Positions 23,072 to 36,262 of a DNA stretch of 64,000 bases are shown here, one piece after another; the stretch's first letter is position 1, and each line of letters begins with the position of its first letter. A program made the translations under genes and the position numbers. Origin of the DNA: Phyllobates terribilis (lineage: Eukaryota); the NCBI RefSeq assembly GCF_046119375.1, contig NW_027362767.1, positions 207,824,001-207,888,000 of the forward strand, read 5' to 3'. The notes beneath the pieces are model-generated. The model saw nothing but the letters and a program-made list of their open reading frames with translations. It was not told where the DNA came from and ran no database searches.

Positions 23072-24079
23072 CTTCCAGTCACTTAGCCACCACCACCACC
23101 ACCACCTTGTCTTCCACACGGTCAAGTCTCAGTAGTCGTGAGTCTGGACTGCATATTCCTCAACCTGATCCTCTTTCCTCCCACCATGCCGAGTGCCCGG
23201 AGACAACTGATCCCACACTTGGACACTCCGAAGAGCTGTTCACTTTTCCATTTATAGATTCGGGCCTCTCGCCCCGTCCACTTTTAAGCGGGGCAAGAGG
23301 AGATCGCATGTAGCGATGCCCAAATATTTGAGCAGCCACGGTCATATGAAGGCGATGGTGGGAAAGTGTCACAAGATGTGGACGATGATGAGACCCAATT
23401 GTCAGAAAGTCAGGAGGAGGACCAGGGTCCGGAAGTGGAAGACGAGGTGGTGGATGATATGGTAACTGACCCAACCTGGCAGGAAGACATGCTGAGCGAG
23501 GACAGCAGCACACAGGGGGAGGGAGGCAGAGCACATTAAAAGGCAGGAAGAAGCAGTGTGGTGGCCGCAGACAGAGGGCGGGCAACCGTTCCCCGTAACA
23601 CCAACACGACATACGTTGCCAGTACAACTGTTAGGTCTTCCCGAGTCTGGTTGTTTTTTAAAGACTCTGCCGATAACCCAAAAAAGACCATTTGCAGGTC
23701 AGCATCAGCAGGGGTAGCAAAACTACCAGCCTGACCACCACCAGCATGATCAGGCACATGGCAGCAAAGCACCCGACTTTGTGGGCCAAACCCGAGGGTC
23801 CAGGAACAGTGTCTGCGGGTGACACCACTGCTTCTTCCGCTGTTGTGCGTGCAAGCCAATCCCCTGTCCAGAGTGCATGCGAAGATGCCTCCTGCCCTGC
23901 ACCTGTCGTTGCACACTCTCAACTACAGTAGCATCAGCAAGCACGTCCTGGTCCCAGCGGAGCGTTCAGTTGTCCATACCCCAGTCCTTGGAACGCAAGT
24001 GCAAATACGCAGCCAACGCCCCACAGGCCACACTACTAAAATTCCCACATTTCGCGACTGCTTGCGCTCGAAATATTGC

Positions 24080-25007
24080 TGTAGCATCGGCGTCTCTGCC
24101 TCCTGCCGGGTAGGAACGGTCCCGGTCCGGCGTTTTCCTGCTCCTCCCCTGTTGCTGTGGCGCACACCGCGCGCAGCTTCCCGGGCACTGTGCTCAGGGT
24201 GCTCGCGCTCACTCCCTCTTAAAGGGGCCGCACGCGCCGTCCTAAAGAGTGCCCGGCCAATGGCCGGAGAACTTCCCCTACAGTATATAAGGCACCTCCT
24301 CCAAAATGGAGGTGCCTGTGCAAAGTTGTTGTTTTGTGTGCTAACACTTTCCTCAGCCCTCAGGTCCTGCTGCCTGTCAGTCCTGCCCGCCAGTCTGTCT
24401 AACAGTCCTGCCCGCCAGTCTGTCTAACAGTCCTGCCTGCCAGTCTGTCTATCAGCCATACCCGCTAGCCTGCCTACCCGGAGCACCCACCAGTTACCTG
24501 CAGTGCCAGCCAGCCTGCCTACCTGGAGCAACTGCCAGTTACCTGCCGTGCCCGCGAGCCTGCCTACCTGGAGCACCTGCCAGTAACCTGCCGTGCCCGT
24601 GAGCCTGCCTACCTGGAGCACCTGCCAGTAACCTGCTGTGCCCGCCAGCCTGCCTACCTGGAGCACCTGCCAGTAACCTGCCGTGCCCGTCAGCTTGCCT
24701 ACCCGGAGCACCTGTCTGGCTATCTGCTGTACCTGCCTGCTTATCTACCCGGACCACCTGCCAGCCTTCCTGCCGTGCTCATCCGGTGTACCGGTCTTCT
24801 CCTGTCATCTGACCCATGGGAGTCACCTGCTCTCACACAAGGTCGGTCCCAGAGTGGCACCTGGTTCACCTGCCCGGTCCCTCCCTGGTTCATGGAGTCG
24901 ACAAAGCCGCCATGTGGCCTGGGTCGGTCCGAGTAGGCACTTAGTTACGCCCCTCTGGTCCCTCCTTGCACCGAAGCACAGAGGTTCCACCACCCGGACC
25001 CTTAACA
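24080..25007 (+). mobile_element. Solo LTR in hAT transposase, with 45-bp tandem repeats at 24468-24715
   Basis: TG...CA; 5-bp TSD ATTGC/GTTGC; removal restores ALE(M)LPFRLVE; TATATAA at 24284. Confidence 0.85.
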
Positions 25008-27124
25008 GTTGCCCTTTAGACTCGTGGAGACGGAAGGTTTCCGCAACCTGATGGCAACGGCCATCCCTCGGTACTCGGTCCCCAGCCGCCACTATTTCTC
25101 CCGGTGTGCCGTCCTCGCATTAAACAAGCTCGTGTGCCACAACATTAGCCGTGTCCTCAACAATGCAGTTACAGGGAGAGTCCACCTAACCATGGACACG
25201 TGGACAAGTGCTTGTGGGCAGGGACGGTACATCTCGCTGACGGCACACTGGGTTAACATAGTGGAAGCTGGGACCCAGTTGGACTTTGGGACGGAACACA
25301 TCCTCCCGACGCCGAGCATTGTGGGCCCTAGGTAAATCAGGGTTGCCCCCACATTCTACAGCTCCTGAACCTCAGCCTACCCCTCCTCTTCAGCTTCCAT
25401 CTCCGAAATGACCACATCACAAGCTGGAAGCACTGCCTCGGCCAAGCGCAAACAGGCTGTGCTGAAGCTAATATGCTTAGGTGACAAACTGCACAATGCT
25501 GAAGAGTTGTGGACAGCCCTGAAAGAGCAGGCAGATCTGTGGCTGACACCGCTGAACCTATAGCCAGGCATGGTCGTGTGTGAAAATGGCCGGAACCTTG
25601 TGGCGACTCTGAGGCGAGGCAAGCTCACACATGTACCATGCCTGGCCCATGTGCTTAACCTCGTGGTTCAGTGGTTTCTCAAAAGCTACCCGGAGCTTCC
25701 GGATCTGCTTGTCAAAGTATGCCGCCTGTGTGCCCATTTTAGAAAGTCAGCTACAGCTTCTGCCGCCCTTGCCGTGCTTCAGCAGCGTTTGCAGCTTCCG
25801 GCTCACCGACTGGTGTGTGATGTCCCCACGCGTTGGAACTCTACACTGCAGATGTTGGGAAGGATTTATGAGGAGAAGAGGGCAGTTGTTGACTACCAGC
25901 ATCAACAAGGCTGTCGGTATTCAGTTCAGACTCCACACATAAAACCTCAGGAGTGGACATGGATGTCAGACATATGTACCATCCTCCAAAACTTTGAGGA
26001 CTCCACCAAGATGGTGAGCGGCGATGACGCCATAATTAGCATCACCATCCCACTTCTCTGTCTTCTGAAATGCTCTCTGCTCACAATCAAAGAGGATGCA
26101 TTGCAGGCAGAGCACGATGAGATGGAGCAAGGAACCATACAGCGTGATTACACACAGCCCAGCCTCATCTCATCCCAATGTGGATTGTGTGACAATGAGG
26201 AAGAGGAGGAGGAGGAAGAACAGGAGCTAGTTTCATGCTCTGTAGACGGTAGTACCTTCACAACTGTCATACCGTATGTTCAGCGTGGATGGCCTGAGGA
26301 CAGGGAGGAGGAGGACACGGAAGTTTTTCCTGTTAGCAGTCTGGCACGCATGGCTGAGTTTGTGTTACGCTGCCTTTCCTCTGACCCTCGCGCTCTCCAA
26401 ATTTTGGGTGACAGTCATTACTGGTTGGTGACACTTCTAGACCCACGCTACAAGGAGAACTTTATATCTCTTATTCCTGAGGTGGACAGGTCTACAAAAA
26501 TGGGGCAGTACTAGAAGGCCCTAGTTGTGGAACTATTAAAAAAATTCCCATCTGAAAATGCTGGTGGCAGATTTCACAGTTCGTTGGACAACCAAGGAGT
26601 ACAGCCGAGAGAGAGACAACTCCAATCCAGCAGAGGCAGAGGAACACTGTCAAAGTTCTGGGATAGATTTTTCAGCCCCTCCAATGGCACAGGCCCTGAG
26701 GCGCGGGGTACTCACAAGGAGTGCAAAGTTTGGGAACATGCTGAGGGAGTATCTAGCCGACAGTACCAATGTCCTCCGTGATTCCTCTGTGTCTTATAAT
26801 TATTGGGTATCCAAGCTGGACACGTGGAATGAACTGGCTCTCTACGCCTTGAAGGTCTTGGCCTGCCCTGCCGCTAGCGTTTTTTCACACCCACACATGG
26901 GTATACGCTTCCTGATTTTGGCTATTTGCTCTTGTCCTCCTCCTTCTCCTCTTCCTCATCCTCCACCACCATATCACCAGGGTGACCGTGTTCCGTGATA
27001 CAACACCCACATAATTTTTTTAAATGGTGTTTATGATGCCCGTTAAAAAATGTTTTTTTATACAGTATGTTACCCCCAGGGGTAAATGTTTGTCAGCCCA
27101 TACACATAGTGCATGGGCATTACA

Positions 27125-27700
27125 AGTATAGGAGACCCGCTCGTTTCTAATGGGAACATTTTTTTATGAGGCCCTCCTCCACGTCTTTTCCAAGGTGCAT
27201 TGGAGTGCCTCCCAATTTTTGGCAGCCCTTGCATTCACTGCATAGGTCAACACTATGGGAGACCCACTTCCTAATAATGGGAACATTTTTTCATGAGGCC
27301 CTCTACGTCTCTCCCAAGGGTCATTGGAGTGTCTCCAAATTTTTGGCAACCCTTGCATTCACTGCATAGGCCAACACTATGGGAGACCCACTTCCTAATA
27401 ATGGGAACATTGTTTTCAGGAAGCCCTCTGACCTCCACGTCTCTTACAAGGTGCATTGGAGTGCCTTCAAATTTTTGGCAACCCTTGCATTCACTGCACA
27501 GGCAAACACAATGGGAGACCCACTTCCTAATAATGGGAACATTTTTTTCAGGAGGCCCTCCTCTAAGTCTCTTCAAAGGGGTATGGGGTGCGTTCAAATT
27601 TTCAAAGGGGTATTGGGGTGCGTCCAAACTTTGGGCAGACTTGCCACTCACTGCATACGGAATAACAGTATAGGAGACCCAATCTTTAGTAATGGGAACA
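27125..27700. repeat. Imperfect ~125-160 bp subterminal repeats of the hAT element
   Basis: GGAGACCC..TAATGGGAAC recurs at about 27131, 27258, 27382, 27514 and 27673. Confidence 0.8.
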
Positions 27701-28453
27701 ACAAAGCATAGCCGGCTGATGGCTCTCTAAGAATAGTGAGGGCCCACTGCTAGCCCTTTAAGAATAGTAAAGGCCGCCTGATGGCCCTATAAAAATAGGC
27801 TTTGTGACTTTCAGAGTCCCTCCTTCATAAATGAAACAGGATGTGTCTTATGATGTGTCACACACCACATGGCCAGATAAGGTTGTAAAATGTTAAAATG
27901 ACATTTCCCAGTGAATGCATTTGTCACGGTTGAAAGCAATGCAAAAGTGCAAAAACGCATCAAAAACCCTACGTGTGAACATAGCCCAAGGTGTGGAGGA
28001 GCATTTTTGTTTTTGGCTATTTGTTTTGCCTTATATACAAGTCATTACCCTGGAAAGGATGTTCCTTAACATATTTCCCAGGAAAATCCATTTTGGTTTA
28101 GTTTTTGTATGTTTTATTGTGAATCTGTAAAAGTGGCATAATACTCTTACAACCTTGTTGACAGCAGTGACCTGGGAGTCAGAGATGCTTCCAGGGGTCT
28201 TCCCCATGCTGTCCCCATGTCATTTGAGCACTGTTCCCATCGATTTGGGCAATTTTTAGGCCCTCTGCAGACCGCCGGGTGGAGCCGCCTGAAAATGCTC
28301 GAGTTTCCCATAGACTTACTTTGGACTCGTTGCTTGGGTCGAGCACCCGAGTATTCCAATTTGCTCAACCCGAGCATCGAGTACCCGAGAATTTTAGTGC
28401 TCGTCCATCACTAATAATAATAATCATAATGCCCCCTTTTGCTCTCACTTTAA

Positions 28454-29268
28454 AGGGAATCTGTCACCACTTTGGAGTTATCAGACCTCTACTATGGCCA
28501 TACAAGGTATAGAAAAGTAAATCTATACTTACCTGTATGGCCCATAGCAGAGGTCTGATTACAGAGGAAAGCGCATTAATCAATTCCATTTTTTACAAGC
28601 TTGGTGTCCGGGGGACTCCAAGCAATCCCCGCCTATGTGCTTATTATTCCCCCATATCCCCGCCTATATGCTTAATTATCATAATCTCCCCCCCTCCCCT
28701 GCACATCACAGGGCCCTGTGACATGCACTGTGCTCCCTGACTTCCCGGGCATGCGCAAAACGCCGCTCACATAGATATCACATAGAGCGCGCTTTGCTTC
28801 ATCCCTGTCCGTCTCTCTGCACTGCGCCGCAGGTTTTTATTGCGCAGGCGCCGGGAAGTGACAGTGACTCCCCGGCGCCTGCGCAATAGAAACCTGCGGT
28901 GCAGTGCACAGAGAGACGGGTCGGGATGAAGCAAAGAACCCTCTATGTGATATCTATGTGAGAGGTGCTTTGCGCATGCCTGGGAAGTCAGGGAGCACAG
29001 TCACAGGACCCTGTGATGTGCAGGGGAGGGGGGGGGATATGATAATTAAGCATATAGGTGGGGATTTGGGGGGAATAATAAGCACATAGGCGGGGATTTC
29101 TTCCCGTCCCCCGGATGCCAAGCTTGTGCAAAATAGAATTGATTAAAGCGCTTTCCTCTGCAATCAGACCTCTGCTATGGGCCATACAGGTATGTATAGA
29201 TTTACTTTTCTATATCCTGTATGGCCATAGTAGTGGTCTGATAACTCCAAAGTGGTTACAGATTCCCT
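28454..29268. mobile_element. T2/Kolobok-like MITE, almost wholly palindromic
   Basis: TTAA|AGGGAATCTGTCACCACTTTGGAG ... CTCCAAAGTGGTTACAGATTCCCT|TTAA. Confidence 0.9.
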
Positions 29269-29479
29269 TTAATCATAATGCTTCCCTAGTGCACCCCCTA
29301 ATAACACCTCCCGCTGTTCCTCCTTATAATAATGCCCCTGTGCAGGGGCTTACATAGAAATTACTGTATCCCTTTGCAAAATTCCCATCGCGGCATATAG
29401 GCGCAGTCACAGGTCATACCTCCAAACTCTTAAGACATGGAGAAGGATATGTGTTGCAGGACGTACAGTTATAACACCC

Positions 29480-30290
29480 CTATTGAAGCCCCATGGTGTT
29501 CTCGCTCACTGTGATACCCCTTCCATGGCCCACATAGAGTACGATGCCCCTATACAGAATGATGTTCCCACATTCTTCCACCTATGCAGCATGATGACCT
29601 CACACAATAAGATGGTCACCCCAGCCCCCCACACATTATAATTGCCACCACAGAACCACTACACAGAATAATGTCCTCCAAGGCTCCCAACAAAGTATGA
29701 TGGTCCCTCCACAGCATGATGGTATCCACAACCCCCACACAGTATGATGGTTCTCACACAGTCCCTCACACAGTATAATGGTTACCCCACGGCCCCACAC
29801 ACAGTATTATGTTCCTCCCCCCCACAGCCTCAGTACAGCATTTTGGAGTTCTCCATATTATATGTTGGTTCCCTAAAGCCCCAATACTGTGTGATGGCCC
29901 CCCACAATGATAGTCACCACTGCCCCCCACACAGAATGATGGTTCGCCCCACAGCATGATGGTCTCCACAGCTCCCCACAGTATGATGGTGCCCCCACAC
30001 AGTATGATGGTTCCCAAAGATAGTATGATGGTCTCCCACAGCCCCAATGCAGTATGACGGTCCCCCACAGCTCCAATATAGTGTGATGGGACCCCACAGC
30101 CTCCATTTAGTGTGAGGGTCCCCCTAAAAGCACCAATACAGTATAATGGTCCCACTCACAGCCCCAATCCAGTATGACGGTCACCCACAGCCCCCATACA
30201 ATATGATGGATTCCTTCACAGCCCCAATACTATATGATGGTGCCGCTCACAGCCCCAATACTGTATACTGGCCCCAACAGTATTATAGGC
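29480..30290. repeat. Degenerate minisatellite (CAGTATGATGG..CCCCCACA-like)
   Basis: Recurrent ATGATGG(T)CCCC(A)CACAG motifs. Confidence 0.7.
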
Positions 30291-30503
30291 ACAACAGCTC
30301 ACAAAAAAACCCACAAAAAAAATTATACTCACCTAATCCAGCCTAAGCAGAGTCGCAGTTTAAGTGGCCCATGGATGGACCAGCCCATCTGGCGTTAGCC
30401 AGAATCGCCAGATGGCCAGTCCGGCAATGTTTCAGTATATGGTTCCTTCAGGGGTTTTGTCTGTATTCTCCTTTCCAGAGATTTAGGCAGAAACCCAGAG
30501 GTG

Positions 30504-32093
30504 CAGTGGGGAAAATAAGCATTTGATACACTGCCGATTTTGCAAGTTTTCCCACCTACAAAGAATGGAGAGATCTGTAATTTTTATAGTGCGTTCACTT
30601 CAACTGTGAGAGACAGAATCTAAAAATAAGATTTAGAAAATCACATTGTAAGATTTTTTCATAACTAAATTGCATTTTATTGTATGAAATCAGTATTTCA
30701 TCACCTACCAACCAGCAAGAATTTTGGCTCTCACAGACCTGTTAGGTTTTCTTTAAGAAACCCTCCTACTCTACACTAATTAACTGTAATAATTGTACCT
30801 GTTTGAACTCTTTACCTGTATAAAAGACACCTGTCCACACACTCAATCAATCACACTCAAACCTCTTCACCATGGCCAAGACCAAAGAGCTGTCTAAGGA
30901 CACCATGGACAAAATTGTAGACCTGCACAGGGGTGGGATGGGCTACAGGACAATAGGCAAGCAGCTTGGTGAGAAGGCAACAACTGTTGTCACAATTATT
31001 AGAAAATGGAAAAAACACAATATGACCATCAATCTTCCTCGGTTTGGGGCTCCATGCAAGATCTCTCCTTGTGGGGTAAGGATGATTCTGGAAATGGTCA
31101 GGAATCAGCCCAGAACTACATGGGAGGACCTGGTAAATGACCTGAAGAGAGCTGGGACCACGGTCTCAAACATTACTGTTAGTAACACACTACGCCGTCA
31201 TGGATTAAAATCCTGCAGGGCACGCAAGTTCCCCCTACTCATGCCAGCACATGTCCAGGCCTGTTTGAAGTTCGCCAATGACTATCCATCAAAGGAGGCA
31301 TGAGAGAAGGTCATGTGGTCGGATGAGACCAAAATAGAACTTTTTGGTATCAAGTCCACTCGCCGTATTTGGAGGAAGAAGGATGAGTACAACCCCAAGA
31401 ACACCATCCAAACCATGAAACATGGTGGGGGAAATATCATTCTTTGTGGGTGCTTTTCTGCAAAGGGGACAAGATGACTGCACCGTATTGAAGGGAGAAT
31501 GGATGGGGTCATGTATCGCGAGATTTTGGCCAACAACCTCCTTCCCTCAGTAAGAGCATTGAAGATGTGTCATGGTTGGGTTTTCCAGCATAACAATGAC
31601 CCGAAACACACAGCCAGGGCAGCTAAGGAGTGGCTACGTAAGAAGTATTCCAAGGTCCTGGAGTAGCCTAGCCAGTCTCCAGACCTGAACCCAGTAGAAA
31701 ATCTTTGGAGGGAGCTGAAACTCCATGTTGCCCAGTGACAGCCTCAAAACCTGAAAGATCTGGAGAAGATCTGTATGGAGGAGTGGGCCAAAATCCCTGC
31801 TGCAGTGTGTGCAAACCTGGTCAAGAGATACAGGAAACGTCTGACCTCTGTAATTGCAAACAAAGGTTTCTGGACCAAATATTAAGTTCTGTTTTTCTAT
31901 TGTATCAAATACTTATTTTATGAAATAAAATGCAAATTAATTATGTAAAAATCATACAATGGGATTTTCTGGATTTTATTTTTAGATTCTGTCTCTCACA
32001 GGTGAAGTGACCTACGACAAAAATTACAGATCTCTCCATTCTTTGTAGGTGGGAAAACTTTCAAAATACATCAAATACTGATTTTCCCCACTG
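30504..32093 (+). mobile_element. Full-length Tc1 element, ~200-bp TIRs, dead DD34E transposase (30872-31885)
   Basis: CAGTGGGGAAAAT ... TTTTCCCCACTG|TA; MAKTKELS.., [15 protein letters not shown](N)NDPKH, SPDLNPVENLW; several in-frame stops. Confidence 0.95.
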
Positions 32094-32189
32094 TACAGCC
32101 AGACACTGCACAGTTAAAGTATATAAATTGAGGTACTATCAAAAACATACAATTGTACACCCACAAAGGACAAAGTATGCAGATATACA

Positions 32190-32410
32190 AAAAGTACTCA
32201 TATGGGTGCACTTACTGAACAGACTACGCCGAGCCTGGGGCACAGAATCCCAATATCCGGAATAGAATTCTTTTGAAATTGATACCCATTCCCAGTCAAT
32301 TACATTTCCGTTATGGTATACCTCCGACCTGTTATCCCACAATTCGGGATGCTCCTCCATCAAGGATATCATGCTCTCAGCAATCAAGGATGGCCTGGTG
32401 AGGTGACGTG
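32190..32410 (-). pseudogene. Myb/SANT (MADF-like) fragment, probably Harbinger ORF2
   Basis: MISLMEEHPELWDNRSEVYHN..WVSI..WD pattern. Confidence 0.55.
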
Positions 32411-33529
32411 TACTTGCTCCCAGATGAGGCCTAGTACTGCTCACCAACAATCAAGCTATTTTCAAAAAGTTATATCAAGTGCCGTCTAGCAACCAAATCG
32501 AAAAACGGACCGTACTCAGATGACATCTGGGTGCTTTCTTTTTTTTTTTTTCTTCTTTTATAGCCCCATAGATTTGGACTGGCGATTTTCATTCAACACG
32601 CTGATCAAAATCGGACATGTGGACTTTTTAAAATGTGGATGTAAAAACGAATATTACATTTTCTTTTCCGCTAAAATGTTGTTTTAGCCCCACATTTGTA
32701 ATTTTAACAATGGATGTTGGGAGAAAACAGTGCCCATAATGTGTTATGCAATTTCTCCCGAACACGATGATACCCCTTATGTGGTTAAAAAATACTTTTT
32801 GGCACATGGCGAGGCTAGGAATGGAAAGAGCATTATTTGATTTTTGGAGCGTAAATTTGTCTGGAACTGGTGTCAAAGGACCAGCCTTCATTAATGGAAG
32901 AGATTTAAAGGGATGGTTTGGCAGGAAATTCAGTCTTCCCTAGCCTCCTCTCCCCAATCCGTATCCCTGGCCCCTGGCATTTACAACAAAATGCAGACTC
33001 AGACTCACAAGAAGGTTTTGTGTCTATCTCTGGAGAGTTGCTAGAAGAAGGCAAATTAGTCTTGACTCCAGACCTGTCCCATGGGGACTAGAAATATTAT
33101 TTTCATCCGAAGATGTGGAAGAGCTCCTTACAGCAGTAAGGAGTACTATGGAAGTGGAAGAGGTGAAAACTACTTGCTCGGTCAAGAACAAAATGTTTGG
33201 ATGACTCAGATCAAGAAAGAAGATGGTGTTCCCTATACATGAGAACATTCAGAGTCTGATTTTGGATGAGTGGGAATTCCCAGGGAGACAGAGGGTATTC
33301 CTGTTGGACTGAAAGATAGATTTCTTTTAGATGAAGAGATATCCAGATGCTGGTCTGAGGTACCAAAGGTCAACATCCAGGTGGCTAGAATTGCAAAGAA
33401 GACAACTTTGCCATTTGAAGATTTTTCACAGCTTACGGAGCCAATGGATAGTATAATGAGGAAAACCTGGGAGACTTCGACAGCTCTACTAAGAACAAAT
33501 GTTGTTTCTATGTGAGTCATGACTGGTGG

Positions 33530-34229
33530 TTATGGAACCACAGTGTCAGTGTCCAGGGAGAGCCTGGATGTTGTAATTAAGTGACTACCTGGTTCTTCGC
33601 TAAAGCCCCAGAGCCCCTGATGGTGTGGTTAGACTTGAGCCACATGTGGACGCCAAGTGCTACTCCACAACAGACCCTGGAGCTGCAGCAGCTGATCCCA
33701 AAGGGCAGGGAAGCAGGGATGGACTCAGAGAATCAGGTCAGCCAGGAACTGGTTAATAGGAGGATACCAGAACTGGAGCAGACAGAATAGGTTCAGGAAA
33801 GCGGGATGGACTCATGTATAGGATCAGGTGCACGTTCAGACTGGACAAGAAACGGTAGCAGTGCAGGAGCAGACTAGGCGGATCAGGACTAGGTACTGGC
33901 AGGACTGGTTTAGGATGAGGTTCATATAGGATTGTTAGGTTCAGAGAGCACAAATACGGGGACCTTACAACTAAGACAGCAGTGAACACACTAAAGTTTC
34001 TCAGGCACCTCCCTTTAGAAGAGGGTGCCTTAAATATCTGATGTCTCCCAGCTATTAGCTGGGGGACATTACACAAGTGCGTGCTCTGCCCCTTTGAGAA
34101 GCGGGGAGTGCTTGCCCTAAGCACACTCCCAGGAGATATGCGCACTATGCGCAGGTCCTGGGAGGAAGCAGATGCGGTGGGGACCGGAGCAGAGTGGGTG
34201 AGTGAATGGACACAACTGCATCCCTGACA
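33530..34229 (-). mobile_element. Solo LTR in DIRS gag (left boundary approximate)
   Basis: Minus strand begins TGTCAGGGATG; TATTTAA-GGCACC..GGAGGTGCCTG module; candidate TSD GGTG. Confidence 0.6.
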
Positions 34230-34939
34230 GGTGAAGGAAGAGGGATCGTGAAGGCACGTGAAGATCATCTGACTATTGGCACTCCCAGAGAATATTTATT
34301 AGCTTCACTGCCCCTCCATCAGAAAGCCATGAGATTCCTGGCAGATACCTTGGCAGAATCAGCAAAAATAGCTGCAAGATCATCAGGTTTGTCAAACTCA
34401 ATGAGATGATCTCTTTGGCTTAAGTCATGGAATGAGGATGTGAATTCTAAAGTCAAGCTTTACTCCATTACTTTCCAATGAGAATATATGTTTGGTCCAG
34501 TAGATGATTTACTGGAGAAAGCACCGGATAAGAAGAAATCCTTGCCTGAACCAAGTGTTTTCAGAAGAAAAGCCTTTAGTCACTCACAAAATCAACCTCT
34601 CCAGTACATGGGAAAAGGGAAATCGGTAGACTGGAGTTACCCCAAAGGTGGAAAGGGCAGAAACATTTTACTGGGTCCGAACCAGCTACAAGACAGACAA
34701 TGATGCCAGAGCGATAGGAGGATGTATCTTAAGATTCCTTTCCCAATGGTGGAAAATTTTCTCAGATCGGATGGTCTTGGAATCCATCAAACAGGGAATA
34801 AAAATAGAGTTCTTCTACTCCCCTACAGTGCCTTAAGGTACCTTGCCTTTCATCCCATAAGTTACAAAACGCCCTAATATTCGGTCTCCAGGATAGCCTA
34901 TCTTCAGGAGAAATATCTCCAGTTTCAGAGAGAGAATGC

Positions 34940-35240
34940 CCAGGAAAGATGGTGGTCAGCAGCACTTACTGCAAGGGGCGCACGTCCATAATCCTCAAGG
35001 AACCCACTCGAGGAAATATCAGCATACAAAAGTAAAAGTCAGCGTCCATACCAGGGTGTTCAATTGCAAAAGAGATGTTTATTCCACCATCCCAAAACAC
35101 ACAACATTTCGACCCTGTGTAGGTCTTTGTCAAGTACTTGACAAAGACCCACACAGGGTCAAAACGTTGTGTGTTTTGGGATGGCGGAATAAACACCTCT
35201 TTTGCAATTGAACACCCTGGCATGGACGCTGTCTTTTATG
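34940..35240. mobile_element. 301-bp insert with fold-back, probable Penelope-like terminal remnant
   Basis: 15-bp TSD TCAGAGAGAGAATGC at 34925-34939 and 35241-35255; palindrome at 35033-35238. Confidence 0.7.
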
Positions 35241-36262
35241 TCAGAGAGAGAATGCGTCAGAAGTCATTATTCTTGCCTGTTTCTTGCAAAGAAACCAAGC
35301 GGATCTTACAGGATAATCATAAACCTAAAACCTCTAAACCATCACATCCCCTACAGAAGGTTCAAACTGGAGTCCATAAAATCTACCACCCCACTGATAG
35401 CGAAAAACTTTGTCATGGCAACCATCGACTTGCAGGGCGCATATTATCATGTCCCCATTCATCCAGTGTACCGAAAATTCTTGAGATTTGTAGTTACCCA
35501 GGGACAAGAAATGCTGCACTTCCAGTTCAATGTCATGTCCTTTGGAATTTCATCAGCACTGCAGGTGTTTAAGAAAATCATGGCAGAAGTAATGGCATTC
35601 ATCAGGAAACAGAAAATCATCATTCCTTATTTTGACGATTTCCTGTTTATGGCTACTTCTGTATCGTTGCTCAGAGAACACCCACAGAGAACTCTTCAAA
35701 TTCTAACATCCCTAGGATGGCTGGTGAATCCTCAGAAATTGGACTTAGGTCTTCCTGGTAGAAGAGACTTTCTAGATATCTTATTGGACTCTTAAAAACA
35801 GACATACTTTTTACCAAAAGACAAATTCAGATAAGATCCAGAATAGATGTTCTACAAAATCAGAAGACCTTGCCCTTAAGGTTCGCGATGTTGGTCCTAG
35901 GGTCTATGACTTCATGCATTCGAGCAGTAGTCTGGACTCAGGCCCATTCAAGAGTTCTACAGACATTCGCCCTCTCCTATTGGGACAGATCCCCCAAATC
36001 CATGAACAGGAGAGTTTCCTAGACCGGTCGGGTGAAGACTTCACTCACCTTGTGGCTAAGTCCAGGGAAATTAGAGAAAGGAATGCCCTGGGTACAGAAT
36101 CCTCTGACAACTGTTACAATGGACATGCCATGGTCTCCCAGATTTATTTCCAAGAGATCTGAGCTCAGGACGTAAGTCTTCGATCATCCAATTTCAGGGA
36201 ATTGAAGGCAATAGAGGAGACCCTCAGAGCTGCAATGACCTTAATACAAACGACTCATGTAA

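Larger units (their letters stand above)
21179..28413 (+). mobile_element. Full-length decayed hAT transposon (7.2 kb including two LTR insertions)
   Basis: TIRs TAGTGATGAGCGAGCA and TGCTCGTCCATCACTA; perfect 8-bp TSD ATAATAAT. Transposase remnants: MGKARG.. start at 21836, BED-finger region VWLFFK..TTSMIRHMAAKH, HLTMDTWTS, HVPCLAHVLNLVVQ, TRWNSTL, YWVSKLDTW.ELALYAL.VLACPAASV. Multiple stops. Confidence 0.93.
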
